Positions 17,471 to 27,282 of a DNA stretch of 64,000 bases are shown piece after piece. The notes beneath the pieces are model-generated. The model saw nothing but the letters and a program-made list of their open reading frames with translations, had not been told where the DNA came from and searched no databases. Every line of letters starts with the position of its first letter. The first letter of the stretch is position 1. The stretch covers positions 12,567 to 76,566 of the forward strand of contig JAHHQZ010000002.1 in NCBI GenBank assembly GCA_020026075.1, in the 5' to 3' direction. A program made the translations under genes and the position numbers. Origin of the DNA: Actinobacillus sp. (GTDB lineage: Bacteria > Pseudomonadota > Gammaproteobacteria > Enterobacterales > Pasteurellaceae).

Positions 17471-18441
17471 TATTGTTCTCCCTTGTTAGAAGATAGCGTT
17501 GTGAAATCCACCTGCACTGGAATAACTGGTGCATAGCCTTGATGAACAATTTCTTTACCGAGCGTAGAAATATTATCCAAGCCATTCCCTACAAAATCGC
17601 GTGGTGTAAAAGCTTTTGGCGTTAGCAATGCCCCTGCTTTGGCGAGAATAATGGGCTTTTTGAACGGTTGCCCTTTTAAGGCGTAAGCATCGCCGTGTCG
17701 CCCAAAGCGTGTGATGAGCTGGTAAAAACTTTTCTCCGCCACAAAGTCATTATTCATCGGACAACAATTCGCCAATGTAATAAATGCGTTTGAAAATTCC
17801 GACCTAGGCCATTCGCCTACTGTTGCCATTTCCGTTACGGAAAATTTACCTAAACCTATACTGGCATCACGCCCATAGCCAAACGTACCAATATCTTGCA
17901 AAACCTGTTTCAACTGTTCGGCACTAAATTTGCTTTCATCAAGTAAGGCATAAATATCCAGTTGAATTTGTTGAGTTTTGGCATTTCCGTACCACGTTTG
18001 CCTTGTCATATAAGGGGCAAAGCCATCACCTGATGTGGTTGCTGTGGCACGGTTAATTTGATTATGCGCTTGTAGTTCAACGCATTGCCCAAAATCAGTA
18101 AGCTCACTATCAGCTTTTGCCAATTTCTGCCAATCGGCAAATGGCTTTTCAAGATCAGAAATCGCCAGCCATTTTTTCTTTTTCAAGGCTTTACGATCAG
18201 TCTCATCCCCTTGCGCCCATAGCAAAGAAGGCACCGTTGGCAAGGGAATATAGCCCGTTGGAAACGCATCCGATAGCACGAGAAATGGGCGGTTTTCCGT
18301 ATACGTTGCCAGCAATTCCGTCAATTTGCTTTCAGCAAAGCGATGACGAATCCCCCAGCAAACCTGCCCAAACAGCGTATCCCCCACTAATGGTGTGCCG
18401 AACGCACTTTCCAGCGTTAAGGTCATACGATACAGTTTCAT
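17470..18441 (-). CDS. csm4: Csm4 (RAMP, Cas5-like)
   Basis: 323 aa; MKLYRMTLTLESAFGTPLVGDTLFGQVCWGI...FLVLSDAFPTGYIPLP is the typical Csm4 N-terminus. Confidence 0.8.
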   Translation of the reverse strand: MKLYRMTLTLESAFGTPLVGDTLFGQVCWGIRHRFAESKLTELLATYTENRPFLVLSDAFPTGYIPLPTVPSLLWAQGDETDRKALKKKKWLAISDLEKPFADWQKLAKADSELTDFGQCVELQAHNQINRATATTSGDGFAPYMTRQTWYGNAKTQQIQLDIYALLDESKFSAEQLKQVLQDIGTFGYGRDASIGLGKFSVTEMATVGEWPRSEFSNAFITLANCCPMNNDFVAEKSFYQLITRFGRHGDAYALKGQPFKKPIILAKAGALLTPKAFTPRDFVGNGLDNISTLGKEIVHQGYAPVIPVQVDFTTLSSNKGEQ

Positions 18442-18453
18442 AACGCCCCCTTA

Positions 18454-19149
18454 TTATGCGAATGGATCAATAGTATCCAGCACTACGGTTGTTTGATCCT
18501 TTTTGAGATTCTCAAATTTGATTTTGCCATAACCACGAGATCCTGAACCGCCGAGGCTATCCAATTCAAGCAAGCGTAAACCTTTTAAGAACGTATCCAC
18601 TAATGCAGGATCATCACCTTCAAACTGGCGTAAAGTAACTTTGAAATTAAATTTCACACCTGCTGGCACACGCTCAATTTGGCGAGGGTGAGCGGCTGTT
18701 GCAGTAATGCGGTTAATGGTATTTTCACTTTTCGCCTCGGATAACAACAAAATGTCTTCGTTCGCTTTGTTTTTCCATTCTTCGGTTAATTGGCAATCCC
18801 AAAATGCTAAGCGAGTCGCCCAAAAATTTTGATCGCTATCCGCTAGGCTGCTATCACCGCTTACGCCGAATAATTGCAAAATCTGTTTCACCATTAGGTT
18901 ATGCTCATTTTTTTTCCAGTCTGTTAGGCTTAACGGCTGTTCTTTAACCGCACCACTGCGCCATTCCAATAAGCTACGAATTTTGCCCTTTAAGCTAGAA
19001 CCAGGGATGTAAGGGTGATGGGTAATTGGATTTTTCACCACTTGGCTGTCAATGCCGCCAATGTGCATTTCGCTGTCGCCTGTACCAATATGTAAGCCAC
19101 TTTCTAAGGTAATAACGCCTGTGATTTCGATAATTTTATTAAGTTTCAT
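18454..19149 (-). CDS. csm3: Csm3 (Cas7 backbone subunit)
   Basis: ..ITGVITLESGLHIGTG...IPGSSLKGKIRSLLEW.. is a canonical Csm3 motif. I take the start at MKLNKII (19149, AGGAG SD), because the tracked 19182 start overlaps csm2. Confidence 0.85.
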   Translation of the reverse strand: MKLNKIIEITGVITLESGLHIGTGDSEMHIGGIDSQVVKNPITHHPYIPGSSLKGKIRSLLEWRSGAVKEQPLSLTDWKKNEHNLMVKQILQLFGVSGDSSLADSDQNFWATRLAFWDCQLTEEWKNKANEDILLLSEAKSENTINRITATAAHPRQIERVPAGVKFNFKVTLRQFEGDDPALVDTFLKGLRLLELDSLGGSGSRGYGKIKFENLKKDQTTVVLDTIDPFA

Positions 19150-19165
19150 TGTTTGCTCCTTGTGC

Positions 19166-19561
19166 TTATTTTTTAGCTTCATAGTATTTGCAGTAACCCA
19201 TCACGGCCTCCATAAAAAGTTTTGCCATTTTGAGCGTTTTTACATCCTTGATTTGATCAATCACTCCATTAAAAATCTCTGTAAATTTTTCATTTACTAA
19301 CTTGCGAGCCTCTGCATAAGCCACTTTAGCTTTTAACATTTTGATGTAGATCTCGTTATCTTTGTAACTTTTATCAGAATCCGAACTTGTCGTAATTTTG
19401 TCGTGCCACATCACCAACTCATCATAAAACTTACGTAATTGTGTTGATTTATTGACGTTTTCTCCGCCACTGCGAATGTCATATGCGGCATTGTCTGCAA
19501 TATCTGAAAATAATTCAGGCTGTGGATCGGTAAATCTAATGTCGTTTGAATTAAAGCTCAT
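19166..19561 (-). CDS. csm2: Csm2 (type III-A small subunit, Cas11)
   Basis: 131 aa, helical; ..STQLRKFYDELV...LFMEAVMGYCKYY is a Csm2-like pattern. It sits between cas10 and csm3. Confidence 0.75.
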   Translation of the reverse strand: MSFNSNDIRFTDPQPELFSDIADNAAYDIRSGGENVNKSTQLRKFYDELVMWHDKITTSSDSDKSYKDNEIYIKMLKAKVAYAEARKLVNEKFTEIFNGVIDQIKDVKTLKMAKLFMEAVMGYCKYYEAKK

Positions 19562-19570
19562 AATGACCTC

Positions 19571-21829
19571 TTAACGTTGTTGATAGAAATAGTTAAATAA
19601 TGGAATTTTAAACTGCTGGTTATACTTGCCTATGCCCTTATCGCCGAGCGATACAGCCAGCTCTTCTAAGGCTTTGGAACGTTTATCCTTCGGTAGTTTA
19701 TCCGTCACATAACATGTCGTTTTATAGTAAAACTGCGAACGCCACACCATTGGCGAATAATTTCCTTTACTGATAGTTTGCGGTTGGCTTGCCAAATAGG
19801 CTTGATCCGCTAAGTGAATTAAGGCATATAAATAAGCGGTCGACAGTGAATATTCATTATTTAAATCTTGAATTTTACGCTGCAAATCGCCTAAATTTTT
19901 CCAAATATTCCAGCCTACGGAAATGCCATAAATATTCACGGCGTTTTTGCTGATGTTTTTTCCGTCCGCTTTAAACGCTTTGGCTTTTTCCAGTGCATTT
20001 TCCGCAATTTCACCTAGCTGGGTAACGGGATAACCGACTTTTGTCATAACCATTCCAGCGGAAAAATGAATATCGCTGTTCTTTGCCACATATTCTGCAA
20101 ACTTTTTGTGCATTTCATCAGCAACTTTTTGTGTTTTAAGCCAGCTACCAATTAAGAAGAAATCATCGCCGCCAGCGAATACGGTATACACTTGCGCTTG
20201 GTTGGATAAGCAATAGCACGGCAACCATAAGCTGAAAAATTGATTCATTTTGCGAGAAAGCATTGCAATTTTGGCAAAGCTGGCTTTCTCAACGCCTTTT
20301 TCAAAGATTTTGCCTAGATTGTCGACGTCCCCTTTGAGGGTCATTAACGCCGATTGCCCTTGATAATTCTTATCTGTCGATAGGGTTCGATCTTCACACG
20401 CGAGAAAATCAAAGGTTTTAATTGCATCTTTGGCCTCTTCCTTTATATTTTCTATATCTTCTCTCTTACAATTCTCATATTTACCTAGCTCAAATTCATT
20501 CATTTCCTTCTCACAATTAGGGCTAAAACGAGCCACATAGGCGTTAATATCTCGTCTGGCGTAGCCTTGGAAAATTGGCGTGTCCATTTGTGCTGGAATG
20601 CTAATATCCCAAATGTAATCCGCTTGATTGAGCATTTTTTCTTCATTATTCTTAGAACCAAAAGCCACATAAAAACCAAAAATTGGTAAATCTAAGCAGT
20701 GAGATACGCTAGGTTTGTGGGTAAAAATCCCCAAAAAACTATCTTTTGTCAGCCATTGACCAATGTTAACTTGATCCTGCGAAAGCGTAGATAAGCCCTC
20801 TTTTTTCGCTGGGAAATGGCTATTTAACGCACAACAACCTTGCGAGAAATCCACATCCTGCACGATGTTTTGTCGCTGGGTTAAATTCAAACGTTGCAAT
20901 TTCACGCGTTCTAAATCCTTAAAGCGAGCATTTTGCAATTCCGTTAATTGTTCACCTTTTAAATCCTGTTCATCCGCAGGCACAACACCAATGCCAATTC
21001 CAGCTAGTCCGTAGGTATTTTGAACAAACCATTCATCAAAATCTTGTTTAATTTGAGCTAATTTATCCAATGTATCTTGCGTATTGGGTGCAATAATCAA
21101 AAACTTACCTGCCGCATTTTGTACTTGGCTAATGCTTGGCAAGCCTAGTTCTCGTAAAATTTTTAAGCCTGCCAATTCGGTAAACAGCGACACTTGGAAA
21201 GAACGCCCACGCAGTAATTTCGCAGCTTTTTTATTCGTTTCACTACCGCCTGAAAAGATAAAATCCTGAATGCCAAAGAAATCCCCTGAAATCAATGCAT
21301 AAGTTTTTTTGCCCTTTTTATCGCAAGCCTCGTCATATAAATGTTTTGCGATAGTAAACGCCGTTTTAGTGCGAGCCTCATCATACAAACTCACATCGCT
21401 GGCATTCGGATCCGCCACGTGGCTTAAATAGCCCTGCATTGCACTATCAAAAGCCGCCAAATAACGGTAATGATCTTTTTTAAATTCCTGTGGAATGCGG
21501 TCTAATGCCGAAATGAACGCTCGTTGTAAATCCTGCCAGCGCCCTTCAATACCTTTTTGGGGTTTAGGAAAAATACTATTCGCCGTTACGGGCTGAAAAT
21601 CATAAACATAGCTTTCCCCTTTATCAGCGTTGTTCCCAAAATGAATATGGGAAAACAAACTGTCCAGCGGTTTAGGCTCTGATACGGTTTCAACGGGCTT
21701 GGTTAATAGTGTAAAAGGGAGTTTTTCTTGCAGTGCGGTAAGATTTTCTTTGCTAAATAGCGCAGAGAAATCCTCCGTTAAGGCTTGCAATGCCTTGCTT
21801 GAAAGGGATTGAAGTGAATGTTGTTCCAT
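19571..21829 (-). CDS. cas10: Cas10/Csm1 large subunit; cyclase GGDD motif present, no recognisable N-terminal HD motif
   Basis: 752 aa. Has ..ALISGDFFGIQDFIF.. (Palm1-like) and ..VFAGGDDFFLIGSW.. (the GGDD codons are at 20162-20173). The first ~175 aa contain no H..HD signature. Confidence 0.9.
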   Translation of the reverse strand: MEQHSLQSLSSKALQALTEDFSALFSKENLTALQEKLPFTLLTKPVETVSEPKPLDSLFSHIHFGNNADKGESYVYDFQPVTANSIFPKPQKGIEGRWQDLQRAFISALDRIPQEFKKDHYRYLAAFDSAMQGYLSHVADPNASDVSLYDEARTKTAFTIAKHLYDEACDKKGKKTYALISGDFFGIQDFIFSGGSETNKKAAKLLRGRSFQVSLFTELAGLKILRELGLPSISQVQNAAGKFLIIAPNTQDTLDKLAQIKQDFDEWFVQNTYGLAGIGIGVVPADEQDLKGEQLTELQNARFKDLERVKLQRLNLTQRQNIVQDVDFSQGCCALNSHFPAKKEGLSTLSQDQVNIGQWLTKDSFLGIFTHKPSVSHCLDLPIFGFYVAFGSKNNEEKMLNQADYIWDISIPAQMDTPIFQGYARRDINAYVARFSPNCEKEMNEFELGKYENCKREDIENIKEEAKDAIKTFDFLACEDRTLSTDKNYQGQSALMTLKGDVDNLGKIFEKGVEKASFAKIAMLSRKMNQFFSLWLPCYCLSNQAQVYTVFAGGDDFFLIGSWLKTQKVADEMHKKFAEYVAKNSDIHFSAGMVMTKVGYPVTQLGEIAENALEKAKAFKADGKNISKNAVNIYGISVGWNIWKNLGDLQRKIQDLNNEYSLSTAYLYALIHLADQAYLASQPQTISKGNYSPMVWRSQFYYKTTCYVTDKLPKDKRSKALEELAVSLGDKGIGKYNQQFKIPLFNYFYQQR

Positions 21830-21861
21830 TTTTGATCCTTATTTCAATGTAATGAAAATAA

Positions 21862-21890
21862 ACAAAATTTAGTAAAAAATTCCAGCCTAG
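21862..21890. repeat. Truncated palindromic element (centre plus right arm) at the aspS-proximal edge of the CRISPR island
   Basis: ACAAAATTTAGTAAAAAATTCCAGCCTAG; there is no left arm upstream. Confidence 0.65.
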
Positions 21891-21909
21891 CGTTGCTGTG
21901 CGATAAGTA

Positions 21910-21935
21910 TAAAAAAGCCGAGCATTGCTCGGCTA
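21910..21935 (-). terminator. aspS rho-independent terminator
   Basis: On the minus strand: AGCCGAGC-AAT-GCTCGGCT followed by TTTTTTA. Confidence 0.7.
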
Positions 21936-21946
21936 GTTTTGTAAAT

Positions 21947-23713
21947 TTACAGTTTTTCCACAACCCCAATGGCTAACTCGTTAAGCGCCTGTGGGTTGGC
22001 TTTGCTTGGTGCGTCTGTCATTAAGCACGCCGCGGCGGTGGTTTTTGGAAATGCAATGACATCACGAATGTTGGTAGTGTCGGTTAAGAGCATTGTTAGG
22101 CGGTCTAAACCGAAGGCTAGCCCTGCGTGTGGCGGGGTGCCGTATTTGAGTGCGTCAAGTAAGAAACCGAATTTTTCACGCTGTTCTTGTTCGTTGATGC
22201 CAAGAATGCGGAACACGGTTTCTTGCATTTTGCCTTCGTAAATACGCACGGAGCCGCCGCCCACTTCGTAGCCGTTAATGACCATATCGTAAGCGTTTGC
22301 GACCGCTTGTAATGGCTCTTCTTCTAGCTGTGCTGGGGTGAGATCTTTCGGTGAGGTGAACGGATGGTGCATTGCACTTAAATGGCCGTCATCGTCCAAT
22401 TCAAACATTGGGAAGTCCACAACCCATAATGGTTTCCACGCTTTTAAGTTGGTTAAACCTAAGTCGGTTCCCACTTTTAAGCGTAATGCGCCCATTGCGT
22501 CTGTGGCGATTTTGGCGGTGTCTGCGCCGAAGAATACAATGTCGCCGTCTTTGGCATCAAGGCGAGCGAGCAAGCTTTCTAGCACGCTGTCGTTAAGGAA
22601 TTTAGCGATTGGACTTTGTACGCCGTCCATTCCTGCGGCACGGTTATTTACTTTCAACCACGCTAAACCTTTCGCACCGTAAATGCCCACAAATTTGCCG
22701 TATTCGTCAATATTTTTGCGAGTTAAACTTGCCCCTTGCGGAACGCATAAGGCGATAACACGACCGTTTGGATCATTGGCAGGGCCGCTGAATACTTTGA
22801 AATCTACGTCTTTGACTAAGTCTGCCACGTCCACTAATTCAAGTGGGTTACGCAAATCAGGCTTATCAGAACCGTAACGGCGCATTGCCTCAGCGAAAGT
22901 CATTTGTGGGAATTTACCAAGATCCACGCCGAGAATGGCTTTCCATAAGCCGTGAATCATTTCTTCCATAATGGCACGCACTTCTGGTGCGGTTAAGAAA
23001 CTGGTTTCCACATCGATTTGGGTAAATTCAGGCTGGCGATCTGCACGTAAATCTTCATCACGGAAACATTTTACAATTTGATAATAACGGTCAAAACCAG
23101 ACATCATTAAAAGCTGTTTGAAAAGCTGTGGGGATTGTGGCAAGGCGTAAAATTTGCCTTTATGCACACGGCTTGGCACAAGGTAATCACGCGCGCCTTC
23201 TGGGGTCGCTTTGGTGAGCATTGGCGTTTCCATATCCAAAAAGCCGTGTTCGTCCATAAAACGGCGTACAAAGCTGGTGATTTTGGCACGAGTTTTGAAA
23301 CGCTCTGCAATTTCAGGACGGCGTAAATCTAAATAACGATATTTTAAGCGCTGTTCTTCGGTGTTGTTTTGATTGAAATCCAACGGCAACACATCAGCAG
23401 CGTTATAAATGTGCAATGCTTTCGCCAACACTTCCACTTCGCCTGTTTTCATATTTTTGTTGATTTGATTCTCAGGGCGAGCGATCACTTCCCCTTGCAC
23501 TTGAATACAAAATTCATTGCGCAAGCTCGCTGCTTTATCAAGTGCCTCTTTATATTGCGGAGCGAAGGTAACCTGTACGATACCTTCACGATCACGCATA
23601 TCGATAAAAATTACCCCCCCTAAATCACGGCGGCGATGTACCCACCCGCTTAATGTTACAGTTTCCCCAATGTTTGAGCGGTTTAAATCGCCGCAATACT
23701 GTGTTCGCATCAT
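21947..23713 (-). CDS. aspS: Aspartate--tRNA ligase
   Basis: 588 aa with full-length class IIb aaRS similarity ([10 protein letters not shown]..., ..[18 protein letters not shown].., ..GGGSVRI..). Confidence 0.95.
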   Translation of the reverse strand: MMRTQYCGDLNRSNIGETVTLSGWVHRRRDLGGVIFIDMRDREGIVQVTFAPQYKEALDKAASLRNEFCIQVQGEVIARPENQINKNMKTGEVEVLAKALHIYNAADVLPLDFNQNNTEEQRLKYRYLDLRRPEIAERFKTRAKITSFVRRFMDEHGFLDMETPMLTKATPEGARDYLVPSRVHKGKFYALPQSPQLFKQLLMMSGFDRYYQIVKCFRDEDLRADRQPEFTQIDVETSFLTAPEVRAIMEEMIHGLWKAILGVDLGKFPQMTFAEAMRRYGSDKPDLRNPLELVDVADLVKDVDFKVFSGPANDPNGRVIALCVPQGASLTRKNIDEYGKFVGIYGAKGLAWLKVNNRAAGMDGVQSPIAKFLNDSVLESLLARLDAKDGDIVFFGADTAKIATDAMGALRLKVGTDLGLTNLKAWKPLWVVDFPMFELDDDGHLSAMHHPFTSPKDLTPAQLEEEPLQAVANAYDMVINGYEVGGGSVRIYEGKMQETVFRILGINEQEQREKFGFLLDALKYGTPPHAGLAFGLDRLTMLLTDTTNIRDVIAFPKTTAAACLMTDAPSKANPQALNELAIGVVEKL

Positions 23714-23772
23714 AGATATTCCTTACTTTTTGCAAAAAAAAAAAACGTTGGGATTATAGCCCAAATCCCACG

Positions 23773-23819
23773 CCCAAAAAACAAAACCGCCGAAAAAGGT
23801 CAAAATTTTTCGGCGGTTT
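23773..23819 (-). terminator. lipA terminator
   Basis: AAACCGCCGAAAAA ... TTTTTCGGCGGTTT hairpin (23784-23819), followed on the minus strand by TGTTTTTTGGG. Confidence 0.6.
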
Positions 23820-23831
23820 TTGCTAATGTTT

Positions 23832-23877
23832 CTAGGCTGGAATTTTTGTCAAAATTTTGTGAAAAATCCCGGCCTTG
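23832..23877. repeat. Palindromic intergenic element, long form
   Basis: CTAGGCTGGAAT-TTTTGTCAAAATTTTGTGAAAA-ATCCCGGCCTTG; it ends 2 nt from the lipA stop. Confidence 0.85.
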
Positions 23878-23878
23878 A

Positions 23879-24841
23879 TTATTTCACAACGCCCCCGCTG
23901 GCTTGTAAGTCGGCGTGGTAGGAGGAGCGGACAAACGGGCCGCAGGCGGCGTGTTCAAAGCCCATTTCTTCGGCTTTTTCACGGAACATATCAAATTCCG
24001 CTGGCGGAACGTAGCGTGCCACAGGCAAGTGATGACGGCTCGGCTGTAAATATTGCCCAAGTGTGAGCATCGTTACGCCGTTGGTGCGAAGATCTTGCAT
24101 TACTTGCAATATTTCTTCGTTAGTTTCGCCTAAGCCTACCATAATCCCAGATTTGGTTGGGATATGGGGGAACATTGCTTTAAATTCACGCAATAATTTG
24201 AGCGACCATTCGTAGTTCGCCCCTGGGCGAATGTCTTTGTACAAACGTGGCACGTTCTCTAAGTTATGGTTGAAAATATCTGGCGGATTGTCTTTTAATT
24301 TTTCCAGCGCTTGCTCAATGCGACCACGAAAATCAGGCACGAGAATTTCCACTTTAATGTTTGGATTTAGCTCACGAATGGCTTTCACGCAAGCGGCAAA
24401 ATGCCCAGCACCACGATCAGGCAAATCATCACGATCCACAGAAGTAATCACTACATATTTTAATTTCATATCAGCGATGGTTTCTGCTAAACGGCGTGGT
24501 TCTTCTGGGTCTGGCGGTAATGGCTTACCGTGTGCCACATCACAGAATGGGCAGCGACGTGTGCAAATCGCTCCTAAAATCATAAACGTAGCGGTGCCGT
24601 GATTGAAACATTCGTTCAAGTTAGGGCAAGAGGCCTCTTCACACACGGAATGCAAATTATGGCGGCGCATTCCGTTTTTAATGGCACGTACTTTGTCAGA
24701 ATGGGCGGAAATTTTGATTTTCATCCATTCAGGTTTTTTGAGAAGTTCTTGGTTTGGGTCAATATTTTTGACTTTGATAATGGACGTTTTGGCGGCATCA
24801 CGGTATTTCACGCCTCGTTCCATTTTAAAAGGTGATGTCAT
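23879..24841 (-). CDS. lipA: Lipoyl synthase
   Basis: 320 aa radical SAM enzyme with [12 protein letters not shown] and CTRRCPFC clusters. Confidence 0.95.
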   Translation of the reverse strand: MTSPFKMERGVKYRDAAKTSIIKVKNIDPNQELLKKPEWMKIKISAHSDKVRAIKNGMRRHNLHSVCEEASCPNLNECFNHGTATFMILGAICTRRCPFCDVAHGKPLPPDPEEPRRLAETIADMKLKYVVITSVDRDDLPDRGAGHFAACVKAIRELNPNIKVEILVPDFRGRIEQALEKLKDNPPDIFNHNLENVPRLYKDIRPGANYEWSLKLLREFKAMFPHIPTKSGIMVGLGETNEEILQVMQDLRTNGVTMLTLGQYLQPSRHHLPVARYVPPAEFDMFREKAEEMGFEHAACGPFVRSSYHADLQASGGVVK

Positions 24842-24865
24842 AGGGAATCCTGTAAAAAAGATTTG

Positions 24866-25522
24866 TTACACAAAAGTTATATTATTGTAACCTAAATCCT
24901 GTAAAAAGTGATGAACCAATTTCGGTGAAACATTCGCCAATGTGGCTTGTGCTTGCGGTACAAAATCCGCCAGCTGGCACATCATTAACCCCGCATAACC
25001 GCAAGGGTTGATATTTTGGAAAGGGCTTAAATCCATTTGAATATTCAAAGCTAAGCCGTGAAAAGAGCAACCTTTGCGAATACGCAAGCCAAGTGAGCAG
25101 ATTTTCTTGCCGTCCACATAAACACCAGGTGCATCAGGCTTGGCGTAAGATTCAATGCCGTATTCTGCGAGCGTTTTGATAACGCAATTTTCCAACGCCG
25201 TAACCAAATGACGAACATTTATTTCTGCATTGACGTGCTTTAAACGTTTAATATCCAGCAAAACGTACATAATTTGCTGTCCTTCGCTGTGATAAGTAAT
25301 TTGCCCACCACGATCCGACTGCACCACTGGAATCTCCGTTTGACGCAGTAAATGTTCCGCTTTACCAGCGCTCCCTTGCGTATAAACGCTTGGGTGTTCC
25401 ACCAGCCAAATTTCATCGGCGTTGGCTTCGTTACGGTTGTCTGTAAATTGTTGCATCGCTTGCCACACTTGCTCGTAAGGTTGAAGACCGAGCTGGCGAA
25501 CGGTTACAGGAATTGTGTGCAT
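24866..25522 (-). CDS. lipB: Octanoyltransferase
   Basis: 218 aa; ..[16 protein letters not shown].. and ..KICSLGLRI.. motifs; adjacent to lipA. Confidence 0.9.
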   Translation of the reverse strand: MHTIPVTVRQLGLQPYEQVWQAMQQFTDNRNEANADEIWLVEHPSVYTQGSAGKAEHLLRQTEIPVVQSDRGGQITYHSEGQQIMYVLLDIKRLKHVNAEINVRHLVTALENCVIKTLAEYGIESYAKPDAPGVYVDGKKICSLGLRIRKGCSFHGLALNIQMDLSPFQNINPCGYAGLMMCQLADFVPQAQATLANVSPKLVHHFLQDLGYNNITFV

Positions 25523-25545
25523 AAATTTTTTGCCATTTTAGAAAA

Positions 25546-25575
25546 TAAAAAAAATAAACCCGATCGCTCGGGTTT
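25546..25575 (-). terminator. ybeD terminator
   Basis: AAACCCGA-TCGC-TCGGGTTT, followed on the minus strand by a T8 run. Confidence 0.6.
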
Positions 25576-25592
25576 ATTCCTGTTTGAATGGA

Positions 25593-25898
25593 TTAAAGTA
25601 CCATTTTTACGCCGTCAATTTCAGCAAGTTTTTTGTAAAGGGTTTCTACTTGCTCGATATTTTCAGCACGCATTGTTAAAGAAACAGACTCATAAGTGCC
25701 TTTTGCGCTTGGTTGCACTTTTGGCTCATCGATCACTTTTGCGTATTCGCTCATCATTTTCACCACGTCTTGGGCGAGATCATCACGTTTCATTCCCACT
25801 ACTTTAAACGTGAAATTGCACGGAAATTCAAGTAAATCTTTGAGTTTTTTGTCGGAGTTGAGAGCCATCATATTCGGCATTACTTTTTGTTCTGTCAT
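25593..25898 (-). CDS. ybeD: DUF493 protein YbeD
   Basis: 101 aa; ..LLEFPCNFTFKVVG..; conserved position between dacA and lipB. Confidence 0.8.
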   Translation of the reverse strand: MTEQKVMPNMMALNSDKKLKDLLEFPCNFTFKVVGMKRDDLAQDVVKMMSEYAKVIDEPKVQPSAKGTYESVSLTMRAENIEQVETLYKKLAEIDGVKMVL

Positions 25899-25910
25899 AG
25901 TAAATCCTTA

Positions 25911-25938
25911 TAAAATTTTTAAAAATATTCCAGCCTTG
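25911..25938. repeat. Truncated palindromic element (centre plus right arm)
   Basis: TAAAATTTTTAAAAATATTCCAGCCTTG. Confidence 0.6.
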
Positions 25939-25990
25939 CTGTAAACAAGCAACAAATAAGGCCATGCATTAGCTTTTCAAGCAAAGGCGG

Positions 25991-27253
25991 TTAAAATAAA
26001 CTTTTAACTTTTAACACTAGCCAATCCCACGCACGAGAAAGCATTCCACCCTCAGGCATATTTTGTAACACTTGCAAATTCACACTCGCAAAGGCTTTGC
26101 CGTTTAATTCATAAACCACTTTCCCAACGACTTGCCCTTTCGCTAATGGTGCTTGCAGTGGATTTTGGTTTAATTCATAGCGAATTTTTACATTTTGGCG
26201 CTGACCTTTCGGCAAAGTTAAGTAAGCACTTTCCAGCACACCCAAAGGCACGGTGTCCTGCATTCCGTAATAAAGTTTAGGTTGCAATAGCGGTTTACCT
26301 GGTGCCATAGCCCGCAAGGTTTCAAAGTTTGCAAAGCCCCAGCGAAGCAGTTTTTTGCTATCAAGCTCACGAGAATGCTTGCTTGGCGTTCCCATTACCA
26401 CAGAAATTAAGCGCATATTGTTATCGCCCACTGCCGATGCCACGAGATTATAGCCCGCTGAATTGGTATGCCCTGTTTTCAAGCCATCGACTTTTAATGT
26501 GGTATCCCATAGTAAACCGTTGCGGTTGCGCTGTTTGATGCCGTTAAAGGTAAATTCTTTTTGCGCATAAATTTTATACTCTTGTGGTAAATCACTGATT
26601 AAATGCTTAGCGATAATTGCCATATCCTGCGCGGTAGAATACTGCCCTTCGTGATCCAAACCGTGAACTGTCATAAAGTGCGTATTGCGTAAGTTCATTT
26701 GTTTGGCGTAACGGTTCATACTTTGCACAAAGGTATTTTGTGAACCAGACACATACTGCGCCATCGCCACACAAGCATCATTGCCTGAGTCTACAATAAT
26801 GCCTTTGTTTAACTCGGATACTGGTACTTTCTGCCCAGCACGTAAAAACATTAAAGATGAGCCTTTGAGTTTCGGATTTTGCGCCCACGCATCGGTGCTG
26901 ATAGGAACGAGATCCGTATTGCGAATTTTGCCTTGTTTTAACGCTTGACCAATCACATAGCTGGTCATCATTTTGGTTAGTGAGGCTGGCGCTTGGCGAT
27001 GTGTCGCATTGTAGGCGGCTAGCACTTGGCCTGAATGATAATCCACAAGATAATAATTGCGAGCGTCAAGGTTTGGCGTGGCGATACCAAATAATTGTGC
27101 CGCCGTTACCACATCATTACTGGTATTGGCTGTGGCGGTATCGTTTGCAGTTGGTAGACTGGCATTCGGTAATGGGGTTACATCCGCCCACGCAGGCACC
27201 ATACAAAGTCCACACAGCACGGCTGCCGCTGAGCGTTTTGTCCAATTTTTCAT
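25991..27253 (-). CDS. dacA: D-alanyl-D-alanine carboxypeptidase (PBP5/6 class)
   Basis: 420 aa with a signal peptide and SLTK (SxxK), SGN and KTG motifs. Confidence 0.9.
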   Translation of the reverse strand: MKNWTKRSAAAVLCGLCMVPAWADVTPLPNASLPTANDTATANTSNDVVTAAQLFGIATPNLDARNYYLVDYHSGQVLAAYNATHRQAPASLTKMMTSYVIGQALKQGKIRNTDLVPISTDAWAQNPKLKGSSLMFLRAGQKVPVSELNKGIIVDSGNDACVAMAQYVSGSQNTFVQSMNRYAKQMNLRNTHFMTVHGLDHEGQYSTAQDMAIIAKHLISDLPQEYKIYAQKEFTFNGIKQRNRNGLLWDTTLKVDGLKTGHTNSAGYNLVASAVGDNNMRLISVVMGTPSKHSRELDSKKLLRWGFANFETLRAMAPGKPLLQPKLYYGMQDTVPLGVLESAYLTLPKGQRQNVKIRYELNQNPLQAPLAKGQVVGKVVYELNGKAFASVNLQVLQNMPEGGMLSRAWDWLVLKVKSLF

Positions 27254-27282
27254 ACTACTTCCTTCTTTTTAAATGTTTTGGG

